A stretch of 64,000 nt of DNA from Phoronis australis (lineage: Eukaryota > Animalia > Phoronida), in the NCBI GenBank assembly GCA_002633005.1, contig NMRA01000223.1, positions 466,426 through 530,425 of the forward strand, written 5' to 3'. The position numbers were made by a program, and so were the translations under genes. The number at the start of each line of letters is the position of its first letter. Positions within the stretch are counted from its first letter, which is position 1. Below the pieces are notes generated by a model that searched no databases, was not told the origin of the DNA, and was given only the letters and a program-made list of their open reading frames with translations. Positions 1 to 12,917 of this stretch are shown piece after piece.

Positions 1-1
1 C

Positions 2-148
2 GTCACGGCTCCCGGAGAGTGCTTACATTTACAGCCACCGCCTTACACGTCTCGACCAAACGTACGCGAGGTCGATACACCGGACAGTTGTAACGTTGTC
101 CGATGGATGGTGTACGACGACCCACCCCCGGCCTACTCAGTCACGTGA
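2..148 (+). CDS. 3' end of the terminal coding exon of an unidentified gene; C-terminal tail with two PPxY (PY) motifs
   Basis: Frame 2 is open from the window edge: VTAPGECLHLQPPPYTSRPNVREVDTPDSCNVVRWMVYDDPPPAYSVT*, TGA at 146-148. GC-rich relative to the following sequence; AATAAA at 259-264. Confidence 0.6.
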   Translation, partial: VTAPGECLHLQPPPYTSRPNVREVDTPDSCNVVRWMVYDDPPPAYSVT

Positions 149-3040
149 CTTGCAAACCACGAGAAAACAATGGCCGCTGGTGAAGCTACATACATGTACT
201 TTGGATTTGTGAGGTTTAGAATAGGAATGATTCCAAGACGAAGTTATTATCTCGGTCAAATAAATTTTTGAATGACAAAAATCATTCTGGAAAACCAGCT
301 GCATTTTTTAGACCCGGCAGTAGACTTCATTTGCCAGTTTTACAAAATTTCCAGCCCCTTTTACAAATTGGGAAATTAAGTCTGTCTTAAGTCGAAAGAC
401 TACAGAGGTTTCCGGGCCAAGACGATTTTTCATAATTTGGTACTTTCGCGCAGTTACTCATCTGCTGATGTTGACTGATCTGCTCAATAATCCCATATAC
501 TACTGCAGTTAGTGCAGGAGATGCTGCTAGCAAGCCAAATCCGCGGCGCTTTGCAAAGCGAAGGGAGTAAGTTTGCGCACAAAGGCAGCGAATGTTTTGT
601 GTAGGCTACTAAGCGCTGTTCATGCAGTCTCTGCTCACGGGCCCGTCGCAAAACTGTAGCTAACAGAATCAGTATTCATTTCGACAGAAACTAACCAGCC
701 GAGAATCTGAACAAAGACCAACATCAGTTTATGACATTCTGATGATGGGCAAGTAATGAACGGTGTGACTGGGATCGATTTATCTGTGATAAAGTGACGG
801 AAATTTACCGTTTACTGATTTGTGCTATGATCAATATTTAAGAGCGTATCAATACCTGAACACAGTGACCTCAAAGGGGTATTCGCCACTGTTTAGCTGT
901 CGACGATGAATTCTTAATCGAAGTGCTTTTTAAACCCCAAAACAATATACCACCGCTAATCCGATCTCAGTTGAAGTGTTGCCGAATCAGCTGACAACTA
1001 GTCACAGGCAATACGTGTATGCACCATTTTGGAAGAAGTTATTTTAGGATTGGCCAACCCCAACGACCTCTGTAGCGTTTTCTTGAGTCGCTGATGGTTT
1101 CTATGATCTTGTTGATAAAGTAAATGGCGAGTCCCATCTGGGCAAGGAATATTTTGCGACTGATTCTTAAGAGTAAAAGGCAATTCGCCGTTTTTCATTT
1201 ATTTAACCAGCTCAACAGGGCGAAATGCAGCTTTAGGAGAAGTGGCACTGTAGCAAAGACGGTGATTGCTTTGACCAACTGTTTAACCAACTGTGTTGTA
1301 ATTGTTCACCAGCTCAATTGTGGATTGATGAATATAAAATTTGCAGTAAAAGTTTTCATTTTCATTGTAACAACAAAACATGTTCACGCTGTCAAAAACA
1401 GACCTGTTCACACGAGCCTTCTTGCGTATTTCTTTCAGATTTTTTCGCAACTTTTCATTCCAGTGAACTTTCAAGGTTGCAGAAAAACTCACATGAAGGG
1501 CCTAATGGCACAGAAATATAGTGTGGTAAATTTCTTGTGAAACGAAATTTTTGTGTGCAAATCACTTCCGTGAAACGGACACCTGGTTTAAGGTAATTTC
1601 CAACCTTCCGTTTAATTCTTTTCAACAATGCAATGTTCACATATGAGGTATAATTATACCTTCATTTTTCATTGCTTCCCACAACATTTCTATAAATTAA
1701 ATTCGTAATTTACCAGCCAAATATGCAAATATGCTTCAATTGATTTCAATTACCGAATTATATGGCAAATCTTTATCGACCATTCCAGGCCTTTTGATTG
1801 TCGAAGCTTTCAGCAGTTTTTCACATCGATCTTCCGTGCATGGATATTTTCGCATGAAATTTTATTCATATTTCATGGTTCACGGAAACGCGTCAGAATA
1901 TTCATTTTCCTCCTAAAATGGATATATCGGCCGCCAAAAATGAAATTATTTTAAAAATTGAATTCAATGGCTGAAATCTGTTGTTTAACGGTAAATCAAA
2001 AACTGAGGCATGGTTCCCTGCGTATTGACACTACGAGTTTATATTTACACACGGAGAAAGTCGCTCGCAGCATGGATGCTTTAGCAATTCACATTCACTG
2101 CAAAAGAGGGACAATACCCAGTAAAATGATGGCCATGTGACTATAAACGATTGAACGTTTTAAGGTATACAATAAAAAATTCGGTCAGAGAGGATTCTGA
2201 AAATGTGTGCTTCTATAGGTTTAAAATGGACAGGAAATATACAACATGTATAGCTTGCCAGCCTTGCAAGTTCCCAATGCACTGAAATTATGCACTTCCA
2301 AACCCTTAGCTTACTGCACATTTCCAAACATATTTTACACAAAACTGTCACTAATTGACTATTCAACAGAGAATATGATTGCACATATTGGGACAGCAAC
2401 AGTTAAAACTATTGAAACAAAACCTTCAAATATGAGGTTGGTATAAATAGACCAAATGGTGAATTAGCGCTACATAATTCTCAACATTTTTTAATTTTCC
2501 AAATTTTGGTGAGCAAACAAACCAAACTATAAACCTGCTGCACCTTGTCAAAAACACAATTTAGATTTACGGTAATTCTTCACAAGAATTGGAATGACAC
2601 TTGAAAACTAAAGGAAAATTTTCCATGTGACCAATGGTTTTACAAATAAATAGGCTCATGCAAGAAACGTCTTTTTTGCATGAATAACGTGAAAATGATT
2701 AAAAAAGTGGAAACTTGAAAACAAACAAGAGGAAATTGAAACCAAAAAAGAGGAAACACTCTTAAAATAGGAAAATTCCAAGCCCTCTCTTCAGTTATTT
2801 CGCACAAAATTGCCGCTTTTCAATTTTTCAAAGGCCGATTATCTTACTTCAAATGATCAAAATTCCCCAAATGTTGCTTACCCACATATACACAATGCAA
2901 ACTAAACTTAAATAGACTAATTTTGTCTCGAGAAAATTGTCAAAATAAATTACCATATCCCACCATATTATGTGCTGGATAGGTGACTTAGTTCAGTCTT
3001 ATCTCATTCTTACTTGGATTAGAAAAAAATTAGACTTGAA

Positions 3041-3079
3041 GAAGCAACAGATACATCTAAGAAGCAACAGATACATCTA
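3041..3079. repeat. 20-bp tandem duplication
   Basis: gaagcaacagatacatcta(a) twice. Confidence 0.85.
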
Positions 3080-3233
3080 TGTCGTTATTGGCCCATTCAG
3101 GTGTTATATAACTACCCTTAGCCAATAACAGTTTTTCTTTAGACCCCTTGTAACACTGGGTTTATGTAATCATGTTTTGTTGACATGGAGAGTGTGAGTG
3201 TGTGATGTACCATTGGGGAAGTGTCTTTGACTA

Positions 3234-3391
3234 TTATTTTTCTATAAATGTTAAGAGAAATCTATAAAACTGGGCTCATATTGCTGTTATTTTTCTATAA
3301 ATGTTAAGAGAAATCTATAAAACTGGGCTCATATTGCTGTTATTTTTCTATAAATGTTAAGAGAAATTTATAAAACTGGGCTCATATTGCT
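3234..3391. repeat. 53-bp minisatellite, 3 copies
   Basis: Unit ttatttttctataaatgttaagagaaatctataaaactgggctcatattgctg; tctataaatg recurs at 3241, 3294, 3347. Confidence 0.95.
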
Positions 3392-3672
3392 CCTCCCATA
3401 AATTTTTAGCTAGGCAGGAAGTTACAGTTAGTTATTGCTCAGACCAGGCTCAACAAGTTCGCCTGTCCAAAAGGGTCAGTTTAAGATGAGAGCATGGTCT
3501 CCAGCCATAACAAACTGATCGGAAATTCTTTTCATGTTAAAAAGAACAAGTTGGGACCAGTTTATCAAATACCAGTTTCTTAGACAGAGGAGGGTTTACA
3601 GTAGGTGAGTTTCTTATCAGGGCGGATTAGTTAGTCGCAAGATCAGTAAGGCTGTGATAGGAGCCCAGATAC

Positions 3673-4593
3673 TTTATTGTAATCAATTTCAACTCAAGCA
3701 AATGAAAATGACACGATGATATAGCTTCGAAAGGGCGAATATACAGAGTTATATACCAGAGCATGGTTTACATTGGCTAATGGGAGACCTTCAATTAGCA
3801 ACATGGCTGACAATCATGAGGGATATGATACTACTGCCCTCTAGATCATGAGGAGTCACTTTATAACTTTAGTTGAGCACACACCACGTCTTATCACATA
3901 CATTGTAAAGGGTCTTTTCATAAAGTAAAGCCCTTCCTCTAAACCAGCAGCTGTGAATACACAACTTCTGGTACGGCTAGGTGGTGATATTAGTCACTGA
4001 TATCATGTGACCGGACCCCATTGCTACCCAAAAGTCTCCCATTGTACATGTACAAGCTCACCTAAAATGCTTCAAGAAGTCAAAAATACAAAACAGAAAC
4101 CTATACTTCTTATCATATTTAGAAATGCTTTGCTAACGGTGCAGTTTGTTGTCGTGTGTTCAATATTTACTTTCACGAATTTCATTGCACATCTTCCAAC
4201 ACAGGACTGCAGAAAGTATTTCGCTAACCATACATAGCATCAATGAAATGAATCCAGTCACGACCATTGAGAACAGTACAAAACAAAAACATAACACACA
4301 AATAAGACGTTCACAGTAATATCGTCATTCATAAACATCACAACCCAGCCAATTTTAATTTTCAAAAATAAAGTTCCCTGATAACTACACTCATCGCCCA
4401 TGCAGTCCAGACAGAATCTTCACAGTTTGCCACTCAGGTAACAAGGTAGTGAGCTCTAGTCCAACCATCTCTTGACGGGGGTCTCCAGTCAGCGCCAGCA
4501 TATGACCTACTTTCAGCGCTGACCTTCATAAAGTCAAAGATGGGGGGAAGTGAGCCTAATGACCTTGAGGCCGGCGCAAAGTGATGCTCTGTC
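3673..4593 (-). other. SELENOT: Non-coding last exon (3'UTR) of SELENOT carrying the SECIS; 3' end uncertain
   Basis: Acceptor ttgccatttcag|gac at 4594/4593 pairs with donor cac|gtaaga at 5297/5296, 8 nt after the stop. Candidate AATAAA (minus) at 3678-3673. Confidence 0.65.
4465..4543 (-). promoter_or_regulatory. SECIS element (eukaryotic, likely form 2) in the SELENOT 3'UTR
   Basis: Minus strand: ccatctttgac ttt ATGAA ggtcagcgctg AAA gtaggtcatatgc tggcgctgact GGAG accccc gtcaagagatgg. Helix I ccatctttgac/gtcaagagatgg, AUGA...GA core, helix II ggtcagcgct/ggcgctgact, apical AAA. Confidence 0.93.
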
Positions 4594-5156
4594 CTGAAAT
4601 GGCAAAGCGTATATTCTTCAACACGACAATTGCCCATTGTCCGTTATTTTTTGAAAATCAAGGCAAAGTGTTTATTCTTCAACATGGCAAATGCTCACTG
4701 TCCATTTTTTTTGAAAACCAAGTCGTTTGAAAGTTAATAAAAAATCTGAGACATGTCTCCCAGCAGTAACAAAAAATACCTTAAACACAAATCTTACTGT
4801 CGCCATTCAATTTTTTGAAATTCATATTCAAAGCAAAACCGATAATTTTCAAACAAAATGATGGTCACGTGATTTTTGAATGATGATTGAATGAAACATG
4901 AAATGACTGACTGAAATCTCAACTACAGTAAAGGTAACAGTCGCCGGTTTCCTCTTTAAAGGAACATCATTTGTTCTACGACCAAAAAGGCATTTTTGGG
5001 ATTGTTGTTGGATATGACAAACTTCTTGAAGTTATTAGCTTGAACCAGAGTTACAACACAGCAAAATACATCAAGTTTTTATGATTTTATAACAAATCGC
5101 CAATGCTCTCCATTGTCTGCTATACATACGTTTAAAGTACTCTGCTACTCAATGTG

Positions 5157-5245
5157 TGGGATTTAGTTCAACTAGCAGAGTGTCTGGCTGCAGCGCAAGC
5201 GTTTCAGGTTTAATTCCGTAACAGGATCAATCTCATTTTTTTTTC
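5157..5245 (+). mobile_element. Degenerate tRNA-derived SINE-like remnant
   Basis: A-box-like tagttcaactagcagag and B-box-like ggtttaattcc at tRNA-like spacing, then a T run; no intact cloverleaf. Confidence 0.35.
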
Positions 5246-5304
5246 TCACCAATGTCACTTAAATTAGCACAAATGTCCATTATAACAAATTCTTACGTGA
5301 TCTG

Positions 5305-5408
5305 CTAAGCTTGCTGAGGTCCAAGTTTCATGTGGTTTTCTATGATCTGAAAGAATTCCTGACCGGACGGCAATCGGCCAGTTTCCAATTTGGACCACAC
5401 GGGCACAT
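5305..5408 (-). CDS. SELENOT: Selenoprotein T, coding exon 4
   Basis: catttcag|AT GTG CCC GTG TGG TCC AAA...: (D)VPVWSKLETGRLPSGQEFFQIIENHMKLGPQQA*, matching the SelT WSKLESGHLPS motif; phase-compatible with exon 3. Confidence 0.95.
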
Positions 5409-7959
5409 CTGAAATGAAGAGGACATGATAAGCAGCCAAGACACCAGGGTTCGGTGCCTAACCTCCCACCTCGTACACCAAATTATTTTTCACCTTTTCT
5501 GTTGTATGTAGACATACTTGAGTACATTAAGTTTTCATTATTCTGTACTCAAGTTATGGTTCATATTGATGAATGTTGAATCCTGGTTCAGATGACCCCA
5601 ACAATAAAATTATAAGCTTTAGCTTGAGATCTCAAGTTTGAACTAAGGATTGTAGCTCGAATCCAGGCGTCATCATGTGAGAACTTGGACTAGGAATTGT
5701 TCTGCGTAAACTGTAATGTGCTTGAATGGACAATAGCAAACATTTATCGTGAGTTTGTACTAAAGAACAAGAATACTATAAAGTTCCAGTTTGAGTTCAG
5801 AATTTAGACCCAGTGCCCAGGAGTAAACCAGATTACAGTTGATAGTTTATTAACACCGATCTCTGCACATACATTCAAACCTTTGTTCAGAAGTATACTA
5901 GGGTAATTTGTCCACTGATCAAAACTATGAACTCTGCCTATTGATAGCATGCTGTGTGTTCCAGACCACACTAGTAATTCAATTCTAACACATCTCCCCC
6001 AGGGCACAACTGTTACTTTGGTTGATTATGTAACTCAAGTAATTGTAACATTTCATCAGCCACTATTTGAATAAGGCAAACTAAATAGACATTAAGCTAA
6101 TTAAAGCAAACATTAAGTAATTTCAATGTGTTCAGATATTGTATCGCTTTAATTTAGCAACAGTTCACCTGTGATCCCCACCCTTAGCATTTTTGTTAAA
6201 TTGAAATTTGTTAATAATAAAATTAAATCACTACTAGGCAACAAATCGCAACATCAGAAGCATGCTTTTGAGAGTCATTGAGTTGTGAGGTGTTGATCGT
6301 GGGTACTCACTGCCGTGAGCCAAGTGAGTTGTCTTTCAACCCATCTATAGTCAAAGCCTCTTATAATCCATTTTGTTCTACATGACATCATTAAGAGCAC
6401 AGTGAAATATGTTTTATTCAACTATGAAAGTTTCTACAGAAATTCTACAAATTCCAATGAAATGTAAAAAAAGGAGAAAAGGTGTCGAAAATAGGTATGT
6501 TCTTCTCACCTTCATTTTTAACTGTATTCATTTGGTAAAATGATACATGCAAATACAAGAAAGGGTAAACAGACAAAATACTGTTTTCCCCGCCATAACG
6601 TGTAATTCTACAGCAAAAAATTACCAGTAACAACTATTAGGGCAGCAAAATTCTTAATACAGAATGGCTCGGCCGCCTGACTACCTGTTAATTCCCCTTC
6701 ATTTGTGATCATCAGGGGAGACAACTACTGCCGCCTTTGCAAAAGTATTGTTTTGTTTCATGTTTTGGGTGGAACCCATTGTTTTATGTTTATTTGATAC
6801 AGCGACATAGCAGTCCTAAGAACAAAGTGACGAAATAATGGACCAAATGATTCTTCAGTTCCTTGATTTCTGTAATGGCAAAATTTGCTGTTGCTAACTT
6901 GCTAAATATTCTAGTTTGATTTTTGTCATTCTTACTTTAACTTAACTAGCGTCGTGGGGGTGTTTACAGCAAAAATATGAAAATTTCTCGTTCGTCACCC
7001 ATCCTGCAGATACCACTTGAAAAGCAATGGATTTTTACCAGCACGTACATGACTAATAATCCAACGTAAAGCATTACCATGCATTTTTGGAATTTTGACG
7101 CCAACTGATCAATAGCCTTATAGCATTGTACTTATGTACACAGAACAATGCTAAACAAATAGTTACGGTAATACCATCATCAACACAAACATGACAAATC
7201 AGAAAATCTAGATGATAGAGAAAATCAATGCACACGTAATCAATTTTATTTGGTCTTGTGACAGTTGTCTGGAAAGCTAAAAGGCCAGTAACCCCTGCGG
7301 GGAAAATCTAACACTCCACTTCCTCCAAAACCTTTCGTCAGCCACTAAATAAAATCATCAATCAAAATTGTCTAGCCCTTCAAGGACTATCAAAACTACC
7401 AGAGCTCCAAATCAATATTTTACTTATTGTAATAAACAGTACTCACTTACTTATGTAAATGAAAGAAAATTTAGCATTTTCCGTGACATTGCAAAATTTC
7501 ATAACTTCAACTGTCAGTAAACGATTCAACACTGGAACTGTGTAGTAACATTGACGGATATTCACAATAACTGGAAGACAACAGTATTACCTAACCCTCA
7601 TATAAATCCACTGAGTAAGCACCTAAACAGGTGCTGGTAAAAATCAAGTTTCTTGATTTTCCATTATAAACAATTTTAATTCGTAAAACAAATTCAGGTT
7701 GTGCACAATAAAAACAACAAACAATTACACCATTTACTGTACCTGCCTAACGCAATATTAGAAAATGTAAAGATGCACCAAAACTACAAGCTAGAAAATT
7801 AAATCTGTCATTTGTATTATGATGTTTGTTAAGTTCATTTGTCATGAGGAAAACTGAAATAAATAGAATGTCATACATTTCTCAAGTACGGGAACAGAAG
7901 CAACGTGCAGTGGCGAAATGCAGCCACACTTGCACCGCAAACAATATGCTTCAAGGGGT

Positions 7960-8760
7960 GTTTCTTAGTATTATTAAAATCGCCACTAGACGGTGCTGAA
8001 TATGTTGAACTCGTACAAAAAGGGAGGGCATTGTCATTTAATGAAAACCTGTTTAAGAACTCCAAAAGATAGACAAGCAGATGTAAAAAATGCCACTACG
8101 AGGCATCACACAATTTTAGTCATTCTTTCCCAATTTTCACGATCATCCTTGAGCACTTTGATGGATTCAGAGGGAGAGGACAAGTCTGACTTCAGGACAA
8201 TAAAAATGGCCACTAGGTGGTGCTGAATCTGTTGAATCCATATGAAAACTGACAAGCGCTGTTGTCTCCATTATTAACCTATTTGACAAATTTCATAAGA
8301 AGCTGTACTGGAACGCTGGAGCTACAGAAGCAAACGTTGAAGACTGAACTTGCCACTAGGGGGTGCAGTTGTAGTCAGATCCGTCCAAAAGTTATAACTA
8401 TCCATTGCCACATACATAGCAAAACACCCTAAATTTCACAAAGATCCTGCAGAGTTATAGATCAGCCGTGGGTGCAAAAAAGTACCAGTAGGGGGTTCCA
8501 AAGTAGTCAAACCTATCTGAAAATCAACGTCAGCCATGGTCTATTTAGCAGCAACACACCTTCTAATTTTTATAATGATCCTTCAAGCAGTTTGGCCGAT
8601 ACATAGGAGTACGCCAAAAACAGACTAAAATATAATGAAAATGGCCATCAGGTGGTGCCAAATCTGCCAAGCCTCATCGTCTCCTTACTACAAATCTGTT
8701 GAATTCAAGTCATGAAAACCCTTCAAGACACTCTTAAAAGAGGGGCAAACATAAAAATTC
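7960..8760 (-). mobile_element. Old degenerate copy of the HINE-type repeat in a SELENOT intron
   Basis: Reverse-complement matches to the repeat's gcgccacctagtggcc / gccccctagtggcaa subunits, e.g. ggccactaggtggtgc near 8208 and tgccactaggggg near 8351. Boundaries approximate. Confidence 0.6.
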
Positions 8761-9461
8761 CATAAGGGAACAATGACAGTTGAAACTCGTCAAGCGTTGT
8801 CAGCATCATAGGAACACACCAGCAAAAATCATTCTGCACGGAGATTAAGGAACTCACTTTGTGGTGTCGAGTTAAATGCTTAAGTTCCACTTACAACGTT
8901 ATTTGGTCAAATGTGATTTGGACATTGTAATAAACCCAATGACAGGGAATGCCGAACCAAGAGGCGGGGCTTTTGCTGTGTCGTTTATGTCACTTTTGTG
9001 ACACGTGACACGGACAGAAAATACAGGTCAGGGCAACTGTAATCAAATAAAAAACGTCTTTCTAAGATGACCCAAGATTGGTATTTTAGTTGTCCTTTTA
9101 AGGTAATTGTCAACCTTCAACAATTTTTTCAAAATCTCAAAAATTCAATTCAGAGCAAAAATGTCCATTTTGCAAATAAGGTGGCCATGCTCTACCTATT
9201 TCGCACAAAAATGATTACCAAATTATTCTTTTTTCTACTTTTCAAAAGCTGATTACATCACTGCCAGAGATGGGAACTTAGCCAAATATCGTTAACGACA
9301 TCTACACACCACAAATCATGCTGGCAATAGACTAAAATGCTACGAATCTTTTATTTGTGAAGAAATTTGGCAGAAAACGTGAAAGGTTTCACAAAGGATG
9401 ACAATTACCATAAATGTCAAAATGCAGGCTCGTTTCTCAACTAAGAATTGAAAAATCTTAC

Positions 9462-9549
9462 CATTGAAAGAAACTTCAAAGGCCCCAGTTGAGATGAGTT
9501 GCGTCTCTATTGCATTACATATGAAGAACAACATCAGACTTGCATACAT
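9462..9549 (-). CDS. SELENOT: Selenoprotein T, coding exon 3
   Basis: ttttccag|MYASLMLFFICNAIETQLISTGAFEVSFN|gtaag; conserved STGAFE motif; 88 nt. Confidence 0.95.
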
Positions 9550-10258
9550 CTGGAAAATGTTAAGTCATTCTTGAATTAAACAACGGAAATTAAACCAAAT
9601 GAATTCTACCTATCTAACTTTAATCCAGTAGTAACAACATGTCTTAAATAATTTCATATTTCACTTCAAACAAAAGAAAACAATAAAACACTAATTTTTG
9701 TCATTTTTTATAAACAGATGTTAAGCGGTTGTAAGCTAAAGTGGTCGAAAGATCTTTAAAATTCAAAAGGAGCTATTACACTCAATGTGGGAGTCTAAGA
9801 AATTATACCATTTTTGTTCTAGCCCTTGCCACCTCTTTGTGGGAAATAACATACATTACGTCAAAAATTGAGGTGAGAAAATCACCTCCAGTCAAACTCC
9901 ATTTTAGAACACACACAATTAATACTAACGTTACATATGGTTCATAGATGCTGAACTTCAGATACTAAAAAGTTAGTTTTTTTGAACTTGTTGGTTTAAA
10001 CAAACATTTTTAGTGCAAGTGAATAGACCACCATCATACTAGCAATGGGTGTGACGTAACCACTTTCTGTCCCTATTTGTGGTACAACAGTACAATATAT
10101 CATGTACAAGAAATCCTTCTCAACAGTGGCAATAACAACACTGTTATGATAAAGTAACAAAAGAGATCAATTTTGGAAAAACTTGGTCTTTGTTTCAATT
10201 TCAACATTGCTATAATCTTGGACGACTTAAGAACAAAAACATTGACATTAAAGTGTAC

Positions 10259-10496
10259 CTTATTTTCCAATGCCCAATTGTAGATATTTGGAGTAGCCAT
10301 GTTCATTGCCTGGAATGGGTTGTAACCCATCACAAGAAGTACAATAAGTATAAGTTTCGAAACGGATAAAATCTGAGCACCGAGTTCATTGACAGCTCCC
10401 GGAGGGTAATTAGCACCCTCTACAGTGAGGTCGGGGTATCTCTGGCGTACCACGTGAGCAAATTGCTCGTACGCCTTGCGGTAACCTCATGAATAG
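10259..10496 (-). CDS. SELENOT: Selenoprotein T, coding exon 2, containing the in-frame Sec (TGA) codon at 10487-10489
   Basis: tatttcag|C TAT TCA TGA GGT TAC CGC AAG: (C)YSUGYRKAYEQFAHVVRQRYPDLTVEGANYPP...WALENK|gtacac. CxxU Rdx-family motif. Confidence 0.95.
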
Positions 10497-12502
10497 CTGA
10501 AATACAAACAAAAATCAATCAATCGGATGATGTATGAAACTAGTGATCATGGCACAAACCATTGAATGGCACAACACATTACGTATAACGAAACAAGTAT
10601 TTTGCATGACATGACCAATAATAGCTGAATTATGAAGCCACCACCCCCTATACTTCGGTCTGTGTGATATGCAGGCCAGTTTGCCGGTCAACTTCATTCT
10701 TTTCATGAAAACTTTGGAACAATCAACCCCAGTGATTGTCCCATTGACGTGAGTGTTAAATTATGGAAATGACACATCGATAAGATATCTAACAGATAGG
10801 CCACGGGAACCAAGTTCAGCAACCCTCCACCATTTGTGGAAACCAGTCAGCATCAAATTCACCTCAGAGCAAGAATCAGACAAATGTAATCATCCCTTTC
10901 CCGTACAGTACTATGAAAGCAAATAGGTCAGTAAAACTCCTGAAACAGTATTGGAGCTCACAACTCGCCATTGGCCAAGTAAAATCTGACACCAAAATTA
11001 GTCATTGAATTCTCCTTGAGTAAAGTGATTCGTTTTCCGTGCCAAAAAATGCCGTTTTACAGCTATTTTGAGCCCTTCTAAATTTGTAGAACAGTATTAT
11101 GTGCTGGCTATCAGCCCCATGAAATAGAGCGTCACCTATTGGCCCATTTCTCTTTCCGTCAATTGTTCAATCAGCTGTTCTTCTTCCTTAAGTTGCTTAC
11201 ATGCCACAATAAATTATTGAAATTGGTTTAATCACTCCATTACAAGTTTTTAGTATTTTAATACCAGACAATCGAATTTCAGAACAAAATTTGCTTCAGC
11301 AAAGCCATCAACATCTCCCGAAATATGTTGTATAAAAATTGGCAACTGGCATGTCATGAGCATTCTGTTTTCAAGTCAAATACAGATTTTTCTTTGTTTC
11401 AAAATCCGGAGAATGACGTGTGAAAATGACATTTATTTGACTGTTTTTCACTTAAATGGCTGTAATGGCAAGGTGAGTGGTGGTTGACTCCCAGATTTTA
11501 CATGCACCCAAGCCAGTCATTAGCTCTAGCGAGCACTGATCAATTCATCAGTAGTCAATAGAGAGCTTCTGGATTTAATATTGTGATTACGGATCATACC
11601 ATACAAAATATCATGTCCTAAAATGGGAATGTTTCTATAGCCAACAAACAGGGATCTTGATTGCATCAGGAAAGCAAGGCATATGTTATGTATTATGAAT
11701 AGGGACTCGGATCTTCATAATTATGTACAGTCAAACTTCCAAACAGGTCTCATCTGTCAATCGATTTGTCCCCAGGCCCTCGTCATGATGTCAAACACCT
11801 GTAGAAAACCCATATGCCGATGGTGGGTATCGAAAACAGGTCATCAGCGTAAAAGTTGAGTTTCCAATCTGTTTAGCCAAGAGCCTATTGCCACTTAGCA
11901 AGCAATTTATAGAAGATTTATGACTGTGCAGCACACCCAGAACCAAAAATTCACTACAGTCCTCCAGATAGTGCAAACCAAGAGGAACCTGCTTTTTTGA
12001 AAGGGGGTCAGGTCATGGATTTCAGCATTATCAGGGCCGTCAGGCGCCAATGGCAATGTAAAAAAGCCACATGCGACGTGAGGTAACGCAGACAGTAATG
12101 GGGCAAACAGCACGAGTAGAGCATCCAATCTGTTCACTTCGAAAGTGATTGAGAGAGGTTTCATCACACCAAGAACCAGATATTCAAAACACACCCAAGC
12201 CAAGGCCCAGATATTCAAAACAGACCCAAGCCAAGGCCCAATCCAGCTTTGATCCTTGATAATTCCAATGGAGAACGAGTCACACGTCACAGGTACATTG
12301 AAATTTCAGCTGCAAAAAAGCACTTCATTCCAGAACTTATGAAACACTTGTCAATTTATAAGTATGTTGAATTGACTTGGGTACCAATTTGACTGCATTC
12401 ACTTATTGGTGCATGTGGGTACGAAGTACCAAAGTGTCAAGTGACCTATTTGGATTCGTGCGACGTCATTCACTCGAATTGTCTACGTCGTTAAACACTA
12501 AC

Positions 12503-12666
12503 CAGAATAAAAACTTTAAAGTTGGACCCGCAAAAGTTGACATCTTTGGAACAGGGATATGTTTCTGCGACTCCTTAGCATTGACTTGTGACGAGAGGTC
12601 TCTCCATGTCAAGGCGCCAAGACATAAAAGAAATCCCAGAGCGAGCGACCAATTCATCTCCGCCAT
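12503..12666 (-). CDS. SELENOT: Selenoprotein T, coding exon 1 (signal peptide)
   Basis: MAEMNWSLALGFLLCLGALTWRDLSSQVNAKESQKHIPVPKMSTFAGPTLKFLF-TG|gttagt. Hydrophobic N-terminus; GPxLKF motif as in vertebrate SelT. The four exons total 594 nt = 197 aa + stop. Confidence 0.92.
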
Positions 12667-12917
12667 TGGTCGCTGAAAAACAAAATAACATATAAGCTTT
12701 TTCAATAAACAAAATAATAAGAAAAATAAGACCGTTTATTTCATATGAATAAAACCCATCTGGCCACATAAATGAGATTTGAGTTTTGAAATAAATATTA
12801 TTGGAGATAAAACTAATCAACTAAAGAGCAAATTGTGGCAATGTTTTGATATTTAATAACGTTATAACGTTTAAAGGGAAAAAGTACTGCCCCCTTGTGA
12901 CACTTCCAGGTGAAAGA
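12667..12917. promoter_or_regulatory. 251-bp spacer between the divergent start codons of SELENOT and the NEK kinase (candidate shared or overlapping promoter)
   Basis: ATGs at 12666 (-) and 12918 (+). ETS-like cacttcc at 12901; YY1-like ATGGCGG contexts at both ATGs. Confidence 0.55.

Noticed and set aside
998-1860. Broken minus-strand frames faintly resembling the C-terminus of a P-element/THAP9-like transposase
   Set aside because: Many stops and frameshifts, with no diagnostic catalytic motif or TIR that I can verify by eye; needs a translated HMM search.
5157-5245. tRNA gene
   Set aside because: A and B boxes are degenerate and no acceptor stem forms; at best a SINE remnant.
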